Assembly (NCBI GenBank): GCA_037190965.1
Contig: JBBCKI010000028.1
Coordinates: 1 to 64,000, forward strand
DNA length: 64,000 nucleotides
From: Chthoniobacteraceae bacterium
GTDB lineage: Bacteria; Verrucomicrobiota; Verrucomicrobiia; Chthoniobacterales; Chthoniobacteraceae
Direction: 5' to 3'
Shown here: in pieces, positions 1 through 9,591 of the stretch
How the letters are laid out: each line of letters starts with the position of its first letter
Numbering within the stretch: the first letter of the stretch is position 1
Notes under the pieces: generated by a model
The model's database searches: none
What the model saw: the letters and a program-made list of their open reading frames with translations, nothing else
What the model was told of the DNA's origin: nothing
Program-made: the position numbers and the translations under genes

Positions 1-256
1 GGGGTTCTCCGGGCTTTTCATTGAGGGGGGTATTTAGATTTAAAAAACCCTAAATCCCGAAATTATTTAAATTTTGGTTGCGGGCTCTTCCTTGGGTTCG
101 CTATGGTGCCCTCATCGGTCGTTTTCCTGTATTTTCAAAGCCGGAAAATGGCAGAAAATCACTGCTTCTTAGCCCCTCGAAAAAATCCATCAAAACCGCT
201 TTGAGCGGTTCGTCTTATAGACTTCGGCTTCGGCTTGCCGAAGTTCCGGACTTCCA

Positions 257-388
257 ATGAAAAAAAGTCTTCTCCCCGCATTTATTTCGTTTGGGGCGTC
301 TCTATCCGCCTCCGCTGTCACTCTGGTCCAGGATGGCAAGCCTGCCGCCATTATTGTAGCCAGCGGAGAAGCCTTCGACGCAAGGTGA
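257..388 (+). pseudogene. Truncated N-terminal fragment (43 aa) of a secreted DUF4838/GH20-N-like protein
   Basis: Reads MKKSLLPAFISFGASLSASA-VTLVQDGKPAAIIVASGEAFDAR*: signal peptide then a 'LVxDGKxxxxIV' start resembling the mature N-terminus of the protein at 51429 (APLSVVEGGKSSYVIVVS), then an early stop. Confidence 0.55.
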
Positions 389-407
389 TCATTTGACTAA
401 AGACGCC

Positions 408-1445
408 ATGCAGGAGAAGAAGATCGAAAACCGCAAACCGGCGGGAACAAAAAAATTCACCATCGGCCTGGCCGGCGCTGGGTTAATCGCGCGGGATCAC
501 GCGATTACGTTGTGCCGGTTGCGAGCTGTGAAGGAGTTGCTCGTTTTTGATGCAAACGTGTCGCGGGCCTCGGCTTTGGCAGAAGCGATGCAAGCCAGGT
601 TGGCGCTGACAACCCAAGAGTTGGTGGAGGCCAGCGATATTGTTTGGATCTGCACCCCACCGTTTGCCCGGACGGAGATCATCCGCGAGGCCTGCCGCCA
701 GGGCAAGGCTGTCATGTGCGAGAAGCCGCTTGGCCTGACACCCCGGCAATGCCGCGAGATCGAATCAATGGTCCGCAAGGCGGGAATTCCCTTTTTCATG
801 GGACAGAGTGGACGCTATTCCACCTATTTCATTAAAATGAAGGAACTGGTGGACGCGGGCGCGATTGGCGCCCCCGTGCACCTCTGGGCCACTCGAATGG
901 GTTGGCTGGATCCGAAAACATCGCCTCCATGGCGCCTCGATAATGGATTGAGCGGCGGATGCGTGGTGGAATTGGGCGTTCACGAGATCGATTTCATTCG
1001 GTGGGTCGGCGGCGACTGGCAGCGTGTTTGCGCGGTCGGTTCAGGAAGTATTCTGGCTCCCGGAAAATACCAGGATACGATAGTCGCCACGGGGGTGCTT
1101 GGGAGTGGAGCCACGGCTCATCTGAATTTGAGCTGGGCAAGCCCGCGTTACCTCTGGCAGAGAGGGGTAGAGGGAATAGAAGGGAGCTTGTTTTTTGATG
1201 ATGTCGATCTCACGGTTCGTCTTCTGAGACCCGGCAAGAAACCAGTGATCTTCAAAACGGGGGATTGGTTGGACCGCAAAACGGGAGAGAACTTTGCCTT
1301 GCGGGATCAGGCCAAGGAGGTTCTTCAAGCTTTCGCCAGAGGGTGCCCGCCTAAGGTGACGCTTGAGGATGGATTGCAGGCGGCTCGAACCGCCAATGCC
1401 ATGTTCCGTTCGGCCCTCAGCGGACGTTCTGTTTCCTTGAAATAG
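408..1445 (+). CDS. Gfo/Idh/MocA family NAD(P)-dependent oxidoreductase
   Basis: GLAGAGLIA Rossmann motif, CEKP motif, GGCVVELGVHEID; ATG 408 chosen over TTG 393. Confidence 0.9.
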   Translation: MQEKKIENRKPAGTKKFTIGLAGAGLIARDHAITLCRLRAVKELLVFDANVSRASALAEAMQARLALTTQELVEASDIVWICTPPFARTEIIREACRQGKAVMCEKPLGLTPRQCREIESMVRKAGIPFFMGQSGRYSTYFIKMKELVDAGAIGAPVHLWATRMGWLDPKTSPPWRLDNGLSGGCVVELGVHEIDFIRWVGGDWQRVCAVGSGSILAPGKYQDTIVATGVLGSGATAHLNLSWASPRYLWQRGVEGIEGSLFFDDVDLTVRLLRPGKKPVIFKTGDWLDRKTGENFALRDQAKEVLQAFARGCPPKVTLEDGLQAARTANAMFRSALSGRSVSLK

Positions 1446-1452
1446 CCACGCC

Positions 1453-2568
1453 ATGAAAATGACCACCGTGGGGATTATTGGATGTGGAGCGATGGGCGGA
1501 ATCCACGCCGAATGCCTCACTCGGATTCCCTCCTGCCGAATTGCCGGATTTTTTAATCGGACTCGCTCGCGTGCGGAAGCGATGTCAAAGAGATTTGGTG
1601 GCCGGGTCTATGCCCGGTTGAGTGAAATGCTGGCAGACCCTGTCATCGACGCCGTCGTCATTGCCTCGGCCCAGCAGGTGCATGCCCGTCAGATCATGGC
1701 TTCTCTGCAAGCAGGAAAGGCGATCTTTTGCGAAAAGCCGCTGGCGATGACTGTTCGCGAGATGGATCAAATTGAGAGGATGGCGCTCCATTCAAAACGG
1801 ACCGTGATGGTTGGCCATCAGTTGCGTTTTCATCCCGTGGTGGAGGCGGTTCGTCAGGCGATCCCGCGTTTGGGACCGGTATTTCACGCGGATATGGAAA
1901 TGACGTTCCGGATTGCGGGGCACGAAGGTCGTTGTTGGGAGGATTACCGTTCAGGCGGATTTTTCATGGAACTCGGATGCCACCTGGTCGACCTTGCCCG
2001 ACACTTTTTGGGCGAGATTCATCACGTGAGTGGCAACACGCTTCGCCTCAATCCCAAAAGGGTGACAGAAGATTTTGCCCAGACTCTTTTGAGTTTTGAG
2101 TCCGGGGCGACCGCTTCCCTGATCACCAGTGCCAACTACCGAACGACTCGCCAGGGGCTGCTTCGGGGCCGCATCCTGGGTCGCGAGGGAAGAATCGATT
2201 TCACAGTCTACCCCTATGCCCGAGACTTTAACTCAGCCGCACTAGTGGTGGACTGTGGAGAGGACATCTTCGTCCCGGAGGAAAAGATCACGCCGCTGAT
2301 AGGGGGGGACCTCCCGCAATCGCTCAGCGAAATCTATCCCGGATATTTTGACGCTTATCAGCAGCAAATGCTCGCATTTGTCAAAGCCGTCCAATCGAGA
2401 AAGAGACCACCGGTGACTATGCATGACGGGCGAATGGCAGTGGAAGGAGTGCTGGCAACCTATCACCAGCAGGGGCGGGTGACCCGAAGCACGAGCTTTT
2501 CCAAATCCAGGCGAGTCTATCGTCTCGACGGGGGGTGCCATCCTCTCTTGAAATCGGTCGCGCCTTGA
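1453..2568 (+). CDS. Gfo/Idh/MocA family oxidoreductase
   Basis: GIIGCGAMG, CEKPLA, GHQLRFHP, GGFFMELGCHLVD. Confidence 0.92.
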   Translation: MKMTTVGIIGCGAMGGIHAECLTRIPSCRIAGFFNRTRSRAEAMSKRFGGRVYARLSEMLADPVIDAVVIASAQQVHARQIMASLQAGKAIFCEKPLAMTVREMDQIERMALHSKRTVMVGHQLRFHPVVEAVRQAIPRLGPVFHADMEMTFRIAGHEGRCWEDYRSGGFFMELGCHLVDLARHFLGEIHHVSGNTLRLNPKRVTEDFAQTLLSFESGATASLITSANYRTTRQGLLRGRILGREGRIDFTVYPYARDFNSAALVVDCGEDIFVPEEKITPLIGGDLPQSLSEIYPGYFDAYQQQMLAFVKAVQSRKRPPVTMHDGRMAVEGVLATYHQQGRVTRSTSFSKSRRVYRLDGGCHPLLKSVAP

Positions 2569-3071
2569 AACAAGGAGTGGATTGCAGGGAATGCAGGCTG
2601 GCCATTGTCCCTTGAGGAACCTGATCCTGACCTCCGGATACCGAAGTGAGTGTTCCATTTTGCGAAATCACGCGCCGTTTTGAAAAGAGGTTCGTCCCGT
2701 TCCGCCGTCGCTGATTGCAATCAGTCCGCCATGGCCAAATATCGCGTACTTGATCAGCAAGGTCAGTGGTACTAAGGACATCTCATTTCGGCATTTGAGC
2801 GAGCGCTATATGGCCGCGAGTGCCTTTTGTCGGAGGCACACCGGATCTCAAGATACGCCTCTCCTCCTCAGGTCATCGCGGCTCGGCCTTTTGCGCCAGT
2901 TCATCCGCTCCAATATCGGATATCGGTCGAACGAACTCCGGAAAATTCCAGCGACAATGCCGTCGCTTATGAAATGGACCTTCGAAAGAGTTACTGACAT
3001 GCTTCCCTGAGCGACGGGAAGAGATGATCAAGACCATCACCGCGCTTTTTGAATTTTACTCGATCTACCTG

Positions 3072-6000
3072 ATGCCTTTCTACGCCGACCTGCATATCCA
3101 CTCGAAATACTCCAGGGCCACGAGCAAGAATCTGGATTTTTTTCATCTCGCGCTATGGGCGAAGAAGAAGGGTATTCGGGTGATAGGCACAGGAGATTTC
3201 ACTCATCCGGCTTGGATGGCGGCGATCAAAGACGAACTGGTGCCCGCCGAGCCAGGGCTTTTCCGGCTGCGTGACGATTTGGAAGCCGCGATCCATGATC
3301 AGCTTGGCCCCTGCGCCGTCGCGTCCGAGCCGGTCCGGTTTCTGTTGGAAGTGGAAATTTCCACAATCTACAAACAAGGCGACAAGGTACGGAAAGTCCA
3401 CCATCTGCTCTATGCACCCGACCTTGCCAGTGCGGACCGTATGGTGGGCCGACTGGCCCGCATCGGGAATCTTGCCGCCGACGGGCGACCCATCCTGGGA
3501 CTGAATTCGCGCGATCTGCTGGAAATTTGCCTGAGCGCGGGCGATGGCTGTTACCTCATCCCGGCTCATATCTGGACTCCCTGGTTCAGCGTGTTCGGAT
3601 CAAAATCCGGCTTCGACCGCCTGGAAGATTGCTACGGGGATCTCTCCTCCCACATCTTCGCGCTGGAGACAGGCCTCTCGTCGGACCCGGCGATGAACTG
3701 GCAGGTGTCGATGCTCGACCGCTTTCAACTGGTGTCCAATTCTGATGCGCATTCCCCCGGCAACCTCGGACGCGAAGCCAGCCGTTTCGACTGCGAACTC
3801 AACTATTTTGCCATTCGCGATGCACTGGCCACGGGCCGGGGCTATAAGGGTTCGGTAGAATTTTTTCCAGAGGAAGGGAAATACCATATGGATGGTCATC
3901 GGGCGTGCGGCTTCCGTTGCGCGCCGGAGGAATCACGCCGTCTTGGCAAGCTCTGTCCAGTGTGCGGTGCGGCACTCACCCTCGGTGTTCATTATAGGGT
4001 GCAGGAATTGGCCGATCGCACCGAACCGCAGCCCCCGCCTGGTGCCGCACCGTTCGATAGTTTGATTCCGTTGCCGGAAGTACTGGGCGAGATCTATCAG
4101 GCCGGTTCAAAAAGCAAAACGGTGCAGGTTGCCTATGAGCAGACAATCCGCCGTTTAGGGCCTGAGCTTGACATCCTCTCTCAACTCCCGCTTGACCAAA
4201 TCCGGGGCCATGGCTCGGAATTGCTGGCCGAGGCTATCTCCCGCATGCGCGAGGGCCAGGTCATCCGTGAAGGCGGCTATGATGGTGAGTACGGTGTCAT
4301 CCGTATGTTCGAGCCCGGTGAACTGGAGAACCGGCATTCCGTGGGGGCGTTGTTCGATCTGCCTCCCGCGAATAGGCCGCCGCTCCAAAAAGAGCTGCAC
4401 AAACCGGAGCCCGCTCCAGAATCCTCCAGTCTGTCCGTGCCGCCGGCGCCGTCAGCTCCCAATCTCCTGCCTCCTCCTGCCGACGCCATGCCCGCCTCTC
4501 CTCTTTTGGCGGGGCTGGACATCGATCAACGTCGTGCGGCTACTGTGGTCCAGGGGCCTCTGCTTATCATCGCCGGTCCCGGCACCGGCAAGACCCGCAC
4601 GCTTACCCACCGGCTGGCGCATCTCATTACCGATTACGGAGCAACTCCCGAGTCATGTCTGGCCATCACCTTCACCCGCCGTGCTGCCGCTGAAATGCGG
4701 GAACGATTGATCCATCTGCTGCCCGATGGAGTGGGTTCCCGAGTGCCGGTAATGACATTCCACTCGCTGTGTCTCACCCTACTGCGGGAACAGGAAGCGA
4801 GACTCGGGCTGGGCGCTCCCCTCCGCGTGTCCGGAGAGCGCGAAATGCTATCGCTAGCTCGCGATCTGCCCGGCGTCACCGCTGCCGAGGCCAAAGCGTT
4901 TCTCTCCCGGCGTGATCTCCGTCCCGCTGCCTTCACTCAAGCCATGCGCGAGTGCGGATTCGTGGATTTCGACGACCTCATCGCCCTGACCGTGGAGCAA
5001 CTCGCCGCCAATCCCGACCTTGCCGCCCTCTACCGTGCCCGCTGGCCCCACCTGGCCGTTGACGAATACCAGGATGTGGACGAGCGCCAGTATCAACTCG
5101 TCCATCTCCTGGCCGATGGCGGTGCCAGCCTGTGCGCCATTGGTGATCCTGACCAGGCTATCTACGGCTTTCGCGGTACTGATGTGCGGTTTTTCCAGCA
5201 ATTTCAAAGCGACTACCCTCAGACCCATGTCGTGCAACTCACCCGCAATTATCGTTCCGCCCGCTTCATCGTGGAAGCCGCATTGCAGGCCGTAGCGCCG
5301 GGCACGCTCGTCCGAGACCGTGTGTTACAGGCTCAGAGCACCGACACCACTCGGGTTACGTTGCGAGAGTGCGCCACCGAATACGCCGAGGCCGAATTCG
5401 TGGTCGCCACCATTGAGCGGCTTATCGGCGGCACTAGCCTGACCTCCTTCGACACCGGCCGCGCCACTGGATCGGAAGAACGCGCCTACGCTTTCAACGA
5501 TTTCGCCATCCTCTACCGGACCGATGCTCAAACGCCCGCGCTCGTCGAAGCGCTCACCCGCTCCGGCATTCCCTTCCAGAAACGCGCTCACGGTCCTCTA
5601 CTCGAGCATCCCACCGTCCAGGCGCTCATTACTCAACTCAAAAGGCTCCCGCCGGACGCATCGGTTGCGGATCGGCTCTCCCAAGCTGCCGCACAACTGG
5701 CTCTGACCGAATCTCCCGACGCTAATCTGAGAACCATCGGCGATGCGCTCCGCCCTTTGGCCGCCAAGCATGGGACCAGCCTCGATGCTTTCCTCAACGA
5801 ACTCCTCCTCGGCGTGGACGTGGACCTGCACGATGCCCGCGCCGAGCGAATTTCGCTATTGACCCTGCACGCCGCCAAGGGTCTGGAATTCCGCGTTGTC
5901 TTTCTCGTCGGTTGTGAGGACGGCCTGCTCCCTCATCGCTTCGGCTCCGCCGGGGACGACGCCGACAGCGCTGAAGAACGCCGTCTCTTTTTCGTTGGCC

Positions 6001-6176
6001 TTACCCGGGCGAAAGATCGCCTTTTCCTGACTCACGCCCGCCGCCGTCACTGGCAGGGAGAGCTTCGTGACCGGCAGCCCTCTCCTTTTCTGCACGATAT
6101 TCAGGATAAGCTGCTGGAAAAGCAGAACGAGGAAATCCCGCTACATCCAAAGATGCGCCAACTGAATCTGTTTTGA
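3072..6176 (+). CDS. Fusion of an endonuclease Q-like PHP domain (with Zn finger) and a UvrD/PcrA-like SF1 helicase
   Basis: N-term DLHIHSKYSRATS, GTGDFTHP, PAHIWTPW, ETGLSSD, SNSDAHS, GKYH..C..C...CPVCG, GYDGEYG; C-term motifs AGPGTGKT, ITFTRRAA, TFHS, VDEYQD, GDPDQAIYGFRG, NYRS, TLHAAKGLEF, EERRLFFVGLTRAK. Confidence 0.92.
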   Translation: MPFYADLHIHSKYSRATSKNLDFFHLALWAKKKGIRVIGTGDFTHPAWMAAIKDELVPAEPGLFRLRDDLEAAIHDQLGPCAVASEPVRFLLEVEISTIYKQGDKVRKVHHLLYAPDLASADRMVGRLARIGNLAADGRPILGLNSRDLLEICLSAGDGCYLIPAHIWTPWFSVFGSKSGFDRLEDCYGDLSSHIFALETGLSSDPAMNWQVSMLDRFQLVSNSDAHSPGNLGREASRFDCELNYFAIRDALATGRGYKGSVEFFPEEGKYHMDGHRACGFRCAPEESRRLGKLCPVCGAALTLGVHYRVQELADRTEPQPPPGAAPFDSLIPLPEVLGEIYQAGSKSKTVQVAYEQTIRRLGPELDILSQLPLDQIRGHGSELLAEAISRMREGQVIREGGYDGEYGVIRMFEPGELENRHSVGALFDLPPANRPPLQKELHKPEPAPESSSLSVPPAPSAPNLLPPPADAMPASPLLAGLDIDQRRAATVVQGPLLIIAGPGTGKTRTLTHRLAHLITDYGATPESCLAITFTRRAAAEMRERLIHLLPDGVGSRVPVMTFHSLCLTLLREQEARLGLGAPLRVSGEREMLSLARDLPGVTAAEAKAFLSRRDLRPAAFTQAMRECGFVDFDDLIALTVEQLAANPDLAALYRARWPHLAVDEYQDVDERQYQLVHLLADGGASLCAIGDPDQAIYGFRGTDVRFFQQFQSDYPQTHVVQLTRNYRSARFIVEAALQAVAPGTLVRDRVLQAQSTDTTRVTLRECATEYAEAEFVVATIERLIGGTSLTSFDTGRATGSEERAYAFNDFAILYRTDAQTPALVEALTRSGIPFQKRAHGPLLEHPTVQALITQLKRLPPDASVADRLSQAAAQLALTESPDANLRTIGDALRPLAAKHGTSLDAFLNELLLGVDVDLHDARAERISLLTLHAAKGLEFRVVFLVGCEDGLLPHRFGSAGDDADSAEERRLFFVGLTRAKDRLFLTHARRRHWQGELRDRQPSPFLHDIQDKLLEKQNEEIPLHPKMRQLNLF

Positions 6177-6429
6177 CAGATAGTGCATCCTGCCATCGTC
6201 AAACTGTGTCCCCAAGGTTTTGGGAAGTGCCCCACGTCGGACTGAAAACTGGCGGAACAGTGAATCCAAATCAAAATGGTCACTCCGTATTCTCTGTTCC
6301 GCGAATATCAGAGAATTTGTCCGTCATTCGCTTCGTTCGGCTGCTTGGCGCCAAACGCCTGTCACACTCCTTTAGACAGTAGTCCTTGGACGAATCACCG
6401 ATAACATGCTTTGGGAAGTTGATGTTGTC

Positions 6430-7770
6430 CTACACACGGCAAGATGAACCTCGCCGAAGAGGGATCATCTTTTCCACTGCATCTTTAATTTGAGTTTCGA
6501 TCCCTGTGCGGAACGGGGCAGGCAGCAGAAAGAGTTTATGTGCGCCTCCGCCTTCATAGCCACCTTCTGCGATCTGTTGATCGGTGGGGATATAGCCGCT
6601 CATGCCATTCGCATAGCCAATCGGCAATATCTCACCTTGGCCGAGTGATTTGACGTGAAGGCCGTACTCCAGAACGGTTTCGCCACTGAAGCCCATCAGT
6701 TTAAGCTGCGAACCGATGCTGAGAAACGAAAGATGGAATCTCTCATAAGGTCGAAGACCGCCCGGAGAGAGCATGGCGTCAATCCATTTTAGCTCGATTG
6801 CGCGTTGAAGCGGTGTTGGTTCGGCAATTGAGGGGGTTCTTAAAACATCGCGGCGTAGAATTAGATCTTCCTTTGTGGGGATGGCCTGAAAAGGGAGTTC
6901 TACCTCTTCGGTCGAAGCATGAATTTTGCCAGCGAAAGCGTGTTGTTGGGCGTTGCACGCGGCCTGCCTGATTGCCTTCAAAAGTACCTCCCCAAATTGG
7001 GCGATTTGTTCCACATTTCCCACGACGAAGCGGCCATCTTCCTGAAGATTTGGCCGGGTATCTCCGGCACACCCTTGAAGGAAAAGGGAGACAACCCCCG
7101 TTTCGCCCTCCAGCTTATCCATCGCATCACCGCAATACTCGGATGACACATAGCGATCTCCTTTCACCGTGGGATGACAGGTGAAGTGCGTGAGAAGAGA
7201 TTTGACGCTCCCATCGTGCCGATGGAAGCGAAAAACGGTGACCTCCCGGTCGACGGCGCCTCCGGGATTGGGCGCCATGATCACCTCGTTGCCAACTCTC
7301 TTGCGACGATGGATGCCGATGTCGCAAGGGGCAACGCCTCGACTCACATGCGAAATTAGCTCTCGATTTTCGAACGCTTCCTTTATTATCGCGTAAACGG
7401 TTTTCTGGAGTTTCTGACGATACCAGCGACGGGATTTACCCAAGGTGCTTGCAAAGTGAGGCCCCGGCATTGGAGCTGAATGGGTATGAGATGCGACAAA
7501 GAGTTGGGCGCTTTCCGGAATGGCAAAGCGCCTCTCGATCTTCTTTTTCCAGACATCGATTACGTCCCGCTCCCACCAGATCAGGTCTGCGGAGATCAGG
7601 AGCGCCCTCGCCCCCACACTGTCTTCGAATACCAACGCACGGATTGCCAGTGGGTGGGCGACGCCGATGCTCACCTTCGTTCTCGAGAAGTAGCCTGCCA
7701 GTGGAATCGGCCGATCGGGGGTGATATCTCCTTTCGCGCTTCCGAGCAGCAGCTTATCGGGATCCATCAT
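6430..7770 (-). CDS. Neutral/alkaline ceramidase-like (N-acyl amidohydrolase-fold) protein
   Basis: DITP..PIPLAGY, ASHTHSAP, HFTCHPT, FLQGCAGDTRP, GYANGMSGYIPT...EGGYE. Confidence 0.8.
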   Translation of the reverse strand: MMDPDKLLLGSAKGDITPDRPIPLAGYFSRTKVSIGVAHPLAIRALVFEDSVGARALLISADLIWWERDVIDVWKKKIERRFAIPESAQLFVASHTHSAPMPGPHFASTLGKSRRWYRQKLQKTVYAIIKEAFENRELISHVSRGVAPCDIGIHRRKRVGNEVIMAPNPGGAVDREVTVFRFHRHDGSVKSLLTHFTCHPTVKGDRYVSSEYCGDAMDKLEGETGVVSLFLQGCAGDTRPNLQEDGRFVVGNVEQIAQFGEVLLKAIRQAACNAQQHAFAGKIHASTEEVELPFQAIPTKEDLILRRDVLRTPSIAEPTPLQRAIELKWIDAMLSPGGLRPYERFHLSFLSIGSQLKLMGFSGETVLEYGLHVKSLGQGEILPIGYANGMSGYIPTDQQIAEGGYEGGGAHKLFLLPAPFRTGIETQIKDAVEKMIPLRRGSSCRV

Positions 7771-8681
7771 TCCTTTACTCCTCCGAGTCGCACACCCGCC
7801 ACAAAGAATCGTTGGCCAAACAGGTAGATAGCGAGAATCGGAAGGATGGAAATAAGGCTTCCTGCCATGAGCAGCGGCCAGTCTGCGCTATTGAGGTCGA
7901 CAAAGTTCAGCAAACCAAGCGGAAGCGTTTTCAGCTCATCGCTGTTGATCTTGACAAGAGGGCCGAGAAGGTTTTGCCAGTTTGCGAGAAAACAGAAAAT
8001 CCCGAGGGTCGTCAGGGCGGGGCCGGAGAGAGGAAGAATAACACGCCAAAAAATGGTGAATGGGCCGCAACCGTCGATTGCAGCGGCCTCTTCGAGGTCG
8101 CGAGGAATCCCCATAAAAAATTGCCGAAGCATGAAGGTGCCGTAGGCGCTGAAAATGGGAGGCACAATCAGGGCGGAGTAAGTATCTATCAAGCTGGTTC
8201 GGCTCAGAAGAACAAAGGTGGGAATCAAGGTGACGGTGGCTGGAACCATGAGGGTCGACAGGTAGCAAAAAAACCATCTGTCCCGGTTGCGAAATTCAAA
8301 TCGGCTGAAAGCAAAAGCCGCCATCGAGCAGGTGATCAGTTGCCCGAACGTCACGGCGAGGGCGACAAACAGGCTATTTAAAAAATAGCGGGCAAACGGA
8401 ATTTCCTTGAAGACGGCAGGATAGTTCTCCCAATGCCATCGCTTTGGAAAGAGGTTTTCCAGGATATTGCCACCTGCGGGAAAAATGCTGGAACGATCGC
8501 CCTCTGTCATGATGGCCGTCGGATCAACTGTCTTCAGCGAGGTGCCGAACATCCAGAGAAGAGGATAAATCATACTGATGCCTGCGGCGATCAGAAGAAG
8601 CCAGAGGGCGATACGCTTACCCGCCTCGAAGGCGCGGACTCTGGGATCCCGGATTTCGTATAGGAAACGTTCGCGTGCCAT
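7767..8681 (-). CDS. Carbohydrate ABC transporter permease (MalG-like)
   Basis: Multiple TM helices; EAA loop FFMGIPRDLEEAAAIDGC; C-term QRFFVAGVRLGGVKE. Confidence 0.93.
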   Translation of the reverse strand: MARERFLYEIRDPRVRAFEAGKRIALWLLLIAAGISMIYPLLWMFGTSLKTVDPTAIMTEGDRSSIFPAGGNILENLFPKRWHWENYPAVFKEIPFARYFLNSLFVALAVTFGQLITCSMAAFAFSRFEFRNRDRWFFCYLSTLMVPATVTLIPTFVLLSRTSLIDTYSALIVPPIFSAYGTFMLRQFFMGIPRDLEEAAAIDGCGPFTIFWRVILPLSGPALTTLGIFCFLANWQNLLGPLVKINSDELKTLPLGLLNFVDLNSADWPLLMAGSLISILPILAIYLFGQRFFVAGVRLGGVKE

Positions 8682-8685
8682 AAGA

Positions 8686-9591
8686 TCAGTAATGCACTTT
8701 GTTCGAACCGAGCCGCCAGTTGATCCAGGTGAAAACCATCACCATCATAAATAGAATCAGACTGGCTGCCGATGCCCGGCCCATATAGAAGAATTGGAAG
8801 CCGTTTTCATAGATGAAATAGCTGAGCGTAGTGGTGCTTGCGGCGGGGCCACCCTGCGTCATCACATAGGCGGAATCGAATCCCCCCTGAAATCCCTGGA
8901 TAATTCCCATTGTGAGGATGAAGAAAGTTGTTGGGGAGACCATTGGCCATGTGATGTGCCAAAACTGGCGCCCTGCTCTCGCGCCGTCGATTTCGGCTGC
9001 CTCATAGAGTTCTGGGTTAATATTCTGTAGCGCAGCGAGATAAAGAATAACATTCATTCCACCCACGGCGGCCCAGAGCTGCATAATCATCAAGGCGGGC
9101 TTGGCCCAAGCGGTTGATTCCAGCCAGCGCGGCCCCGCAACGCCGAAACATTGCAGAAGAACGGAATTGAACAGGCCATAATCAGGATTGAAGATCCACT
9201 TCCACAAGAGATAGATCCCGACACCGCTCACGATCGAGGGGATAAAGAAGAGGAGACGAAAGAAGTTTCGACCATAGAGGCGGCGATTGAGGAGGCAGGC
9301 GAGCGCGAGTGAGCCGATGACGGAGAAGGGAAGTCCGATCATCAGGAATAGAGTGTTATAGACGTAATACCAGAATCGCGGATTCACCGCCTCAATTCCC
9401 CCTCCAACAGCGCGCCGGAATCCGATCAGGTCAACAAAGTTATCGAAGCCGACAAAACGGGGTGGGCTGAGAAGATCCCAGGAGCAGAACGCGAGAATAA
9501 ATGACGCGAGAATGGGAAGGAATGTGAATGCCAGAAAACCAAGCAGGTTTGGCATGAGAAACACCCCGGTGACCCAAGGGCGCACTTTCAT
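8686..9591 (-). CDS. Carbohydrate ABC transporter permease (MalF-like)
   Basis: FVGFDNF, LAALQNINPELYEAAEIDGA, MTQGGP. Confidence 0.93.
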   Translation of the reverse strand: MKVRPWVTGVFLMPNLLGFLAFTFLPILASFILAFCSWDLLSPPRFVGFDNFVDLIGFRRAVGGGIEAVNPRFWYYVYNTLFLMIGLPFSVIGSLALACLLNRRLYGRNFFRLLFFIPSIVSGVGIYLLWKWIFNPDYGLFNSVLLQCFGVAGPRWLESTAWAKPALMIMQLWAAVGGMNVILYLAALQNINPELYEAAEIDGARAGRQFWHITWPMVSPTTFFILTMGIIQGFQGGFDSAYVMTQGGPAASTTTLSYFIYENGFQFFYMGRASAASLILFMMVMVFTWINWRLGSNKVHY

